This document shows, one piece after another, positions 61,898 through 64,000 of a stretch of DNA of 64,000 nucleotides. The stretch is from the NCBI GenBank assembly GCA_015233405.1, contig JADFXT010000011.1, forward strand, positions 490 through 64,489. Reading direction: 5' to 3'. A program made the position numbers and the translations under genes. Below the pieces are notes generated by a model. It was not told the origin of the DNA. It worked only from the letters and a program-made list of their open reading frames with translations, and did no database searches. Source of the stretch: Candidatus Omnitrophota bacterium. Lineage in GTDB: Bacteria > Omnitrophota > Gorgyraeia > Zapsychrales > Zapsychraceae. Every line of letters begins with the position of its first letter. Within the stretch, counting starts at the first letter, position 1.

Positions 61898-62878
61898 TCA
61901 TTTCTTAACTGTTTCGTCCAACCATTGAACTAACCGTTTAAGCCCGTCGATCAAGTCCACCTGTGACTTAAACCCAAACATCTCGCGCGCCTTGGAGACA
62001 TCCGCCAGCCGTCGGGCGACTTCCACTTTTTTACGCTCGTCGGGCAAAGGAATATATTTTGGCTTTAGCGGAGAGTTCATTGCCTTTAAAATCGCGCAGG
62101 CTAATTGTTCCAAAGACGTTTCCATGCCGGAGGCGATATTAAAAACATCATTAGCGGCGTCGGACTTCATCGCAAGGATCGTAGCACGCGCCACTTCGCC
62201 AACGTAAATAAAGTCCATCGTCTGTTTACCGTCGCCATAAATCAACGGCTCTTTGCCTTCTTTGATCAAATGATACCAGCGGATAAACACCTCCGTATAT
62301 TTTCCGAAGGTGTCCATGCGCGGGCCGTAAATATTAAAATACCGTAGCGCATTAAATTGCAGGCCATACATCGCATGAAAAGACCGGCACATCAGTTCAT
62401 CCGCCATCTTAGCCGCGCCGTAAAGGGTGCGATTATTATACGGATGATGTGTTTCTTTGGTCGGAAATTCATCCGCTTGCCCGTAAATCGAGGCTGATGA
62501 TGCCAAAACCAATCTCTTGACCTTATGTTTTACGCAGCCCTCGAGGACATTAAAGCTGCCGTCATACATCGTCGTGAGCGCTTCCCGCGGATGCTCCGCG
62601 CAGTGCGTGATGCGAAGCGCAGCCAGATGAAAACAATAATCAATGCCGGTAAGGCACTCGTCCAAAGTTTTTAGTTCACGGATATCGCCAGCGATGAGTT
62701 TCACTTTACCAGACGCCAACGAACCCGCAATATTTTCTTTCGAGCCGCGAAAAAGATTATCCAGGACGATGATTTCTTGGGCGCCTTCTTGCAAAAGTTG
62801 TTCTAAAAGATACGAGCCAACAAATCCAGCTCCGCCCGTCACACAAATTCTAGAATTCTGTAGATTATTCATAGTCAA
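61898..62878 (-). CDS. NAD-dependent nucleotide-sugar epimerase/dehydratase (extended SDR; UDP-GlcA decarboxylase-like)
   Basis: VTGGAGFVGS Rossmann motif and YGAAK catalytic motif. Confidence 0.8.
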   Translation of the reverse strand: MTMNNLQNSRICVTGGAGFVGSYLLEQLLQEGAQEIIVLDNLFRGSKENIAGSLASGKVKLIAGDIRELKTLDECLTGIDYCFHLAALRITHCAEHPREALTTMYDGSFNVLEGCVKHKVKRLVLASSASIYGQADEFPTKETHHPYNNRTLYGAAKMADELMCRSFHAMYGLQFNALRYFNIYGPRMDTFGKYTEVFIRWYHLIKEGKEPLIYGDGKQTMDFIYVGEVARATILAMKSDAANDVFNIASGMETSLEQLACAILKAMNSPLKPKYIPLPDERKKVEVARRLADVSKAREMFGFKSQVDLIDGLKRLVQWLDETVKK

Positions 62879-62879
62879 T

Positions 62880-63884
62880 TTAAAATGTAACCAACTTCCC
62901 TTTCTGCTTTAAAGATTCGTCCGCCTTCTCGAGGATCTTGACCACACGTAAACCGGCCCTGCCGTCATTGATAGGTGTTTCATTTGTCTCGATACATTCA
63001 ACAAAATACGCCAGCTCACTTTTTAAAGCCTCGGCATGGTCTACCCGCGGTGAATACATATCCCCGGCACGATAATCGACCAATAGCTGGTACATTCCTT
63101 CTTTAGTATCCATCTGAACACCTTTATCGTAGATCTTGATTTTCTCGTCGGACTGAAGGTCGTCCCAGACCAGCATCTTTTTCTTCCCGCCGATCAGCGT
63201 GGTGCGGACCTTGACCGGTGAAAGCCAATTGACATTCACATGGACGATCAGATTGTTCGGATAATGTACTGTAATATAGGCAATATTTTCCTGCCCGCTT
63301 TTGACATGGTCTACGCCCTGCGCGGTTAAGGATTCCGGCTGGTGAGAGATCAAATAATCGATAATCGAAAAATCATGCGGCGCTAAGTCCCAAATGACAT
63401 TGACATCCTTTTGAAATAACCCTAAGCTCACGCGCGTCGAGTCATAATAGTACAGATCGCCTAAAACGCCGTCGTCAATCATCTCTTTGATCTTACGGAC
63501 CGCGCCGGTAAAAATAAACGTGTGGTCCACCATGATCTTTAAATTCTTTTTCTCGGCGAGCTCGACTAAATCCTGGGCTTGTTTGGACGTGGCTGTAAAA
63601 GGCTTCTCGATAAACACATGTTTCCCGCTTTCCAAAGCCGCTTTGGCCAGTTCATAATGCGAAGACACCGGAGTCACCACCGCCACGATATCAATCTTCG
63701 CAGAACGAAGGACTTCTTTATAATCCTGGGTCACTTCAATGGTGGGATAGAGACTTTTGACTTTCTTAAGGACCGCCGCATTTAGATCACAGACCATCCC
63801 AACATCTGTTTGGTCCAGAGCCATAAAATTACGGACAATATTCGGACCCCAATATCCATAACCAATAACGCCGACATTTAGCAC
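62880..63884 (-). CDS. Gfo/Idh/MocA-family nucleotide-sugar dehydrogenase (WbpB-like)
   Basis: MLNVGVIGYGYWGPN..., an EKP motif, and a GTG start with AGGAG upstream. Confidence 0.8.
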   Translation of the reverse strand: MLNVGVIGYGYWGPNIVRNFMALDQTDVGMVCDLNAAVLKKVKSLYPTIEVTQDYKEVLRSAKIDIVAVVTPVSSHYELAKAALESGKHVFIEKPFTATSKQAQDLVELAEKKNLKIMVDHTFIFTGAVRKIKEMIDDGVLGDLYYYDSTRVSLGLFQKDVNVIWDLAPHDFSIIDYLISHQPESLTAQGVDHVKSGQENIAYITVHYPNNLIVHVNVNWLSPVKVRTTLIGGKKKMLVWDDLQSDEKIKIYDKGVQMDTKEGMYQLLVDYRAGDMYSPRVDHAEALKSELAYFVECIETNETPINDGRAGLRVVKILEKADESLKQKGKLVTF

Positions 63885-63916
63885 TTTGCTCTCCTTTTTT
63901 AATAATATTGCCGTGT

Positions 63917-63945
63917 ATTTTACAAGGAAACCTTAAAATTCACAA
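63917..63945 (-). promoter_or_regulatory. candidate sigma70 promoter of the glycan-modification cluster
   Basis: The minus strand reads TTGTGA-17 nt-TAAAAT, ~30 nt upstream of the GTG at 63884. Confidence 0.35.
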
Positions 63946-63953
63946 GAAATCGT

Positions 63954-64000
63954 TTATTGATTCTTTTGAAGCGCTTTGATCAAATCCGGCACAACAATCC
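63954..64000 (-). CDS. 3' end of an unidentified CDS running in from beyond the window
   Basis: The reverse frame reads ...IVVPDLIKALQKNQ* with a stop at 63954-63956. It is too short to identify. Confidence 0.3.
   Translation of the reverse strand, partial: IVVPDLIKALQKNQ

Overview
This 64-kb bacterial chromosomal segment is moderately AT-rich. About 90% of genes sit on the minus strand in tightly packed operons, many with ATGA/GTGA start-stop overlaps. The gene content (rubredoxin/FprA/SOR oxygen defence, Tat, OPG glucans, L,D-transpeptidase, many domain fusions) suggests an uncultivated anaerobic diderm, but I cannot assign taxonomy from sequence alone. From low to high coordinate the window holds: rpiB; a tsaC::LMW-phosphatase fusion; a purine operon (purB-purC-purS/S/L fusion-LOG-purQ-purM-purD-purE); a secreted DUF2059-like protein; a polyprenyl synthase; hemW; a 20-aa micro-ORF; tatA/tatC plus membrane proteins; pgi; mnmA; and a biotin operon (birA-bioF-bioH-like-bioC-bioD::bioA fusion) with a recognisable BirA operator. 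Next comes a tRNA-Ala(GGC)/tRNA-Leu(CAA) locus preceded by about seven tandem 66-bp units that look like internally deleted tRNA-Ala 'minihelix' copies. After that: opgG/opgH; membrane spermidine-synthase-like paralogs; an active KS plus catalytically dead KS pair; rlmN; accA; a LysM L,D-transpeptidase; comM/yifB; and an SPL-like radical SAM gene. A heat-shock module follows (MerR/HspR-like regulator, hsp20 behind a CIRCE variant, clpB lacking its N-domain, and a signal-peptide sHSP). The rest is a PEPCK/HprK-like P-loop protein, an O2/ROS detox operon (rubredoxin, fprA, PNPOx-like, FNR-like, SOR), and an Arn/Gtr-like formyl-amino-sugar glycan modification cluster. I saw no cas genes, CRISPR array, transposase, integrase, prophage or recognisable defence system. 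The most unusual signal is non-coding: the tRNA-like tandem array, plus two other small structured repeat families. All promoter, operator and RNA-structure calls come from reading the sequence by eye and need computational or experimental confirmation.
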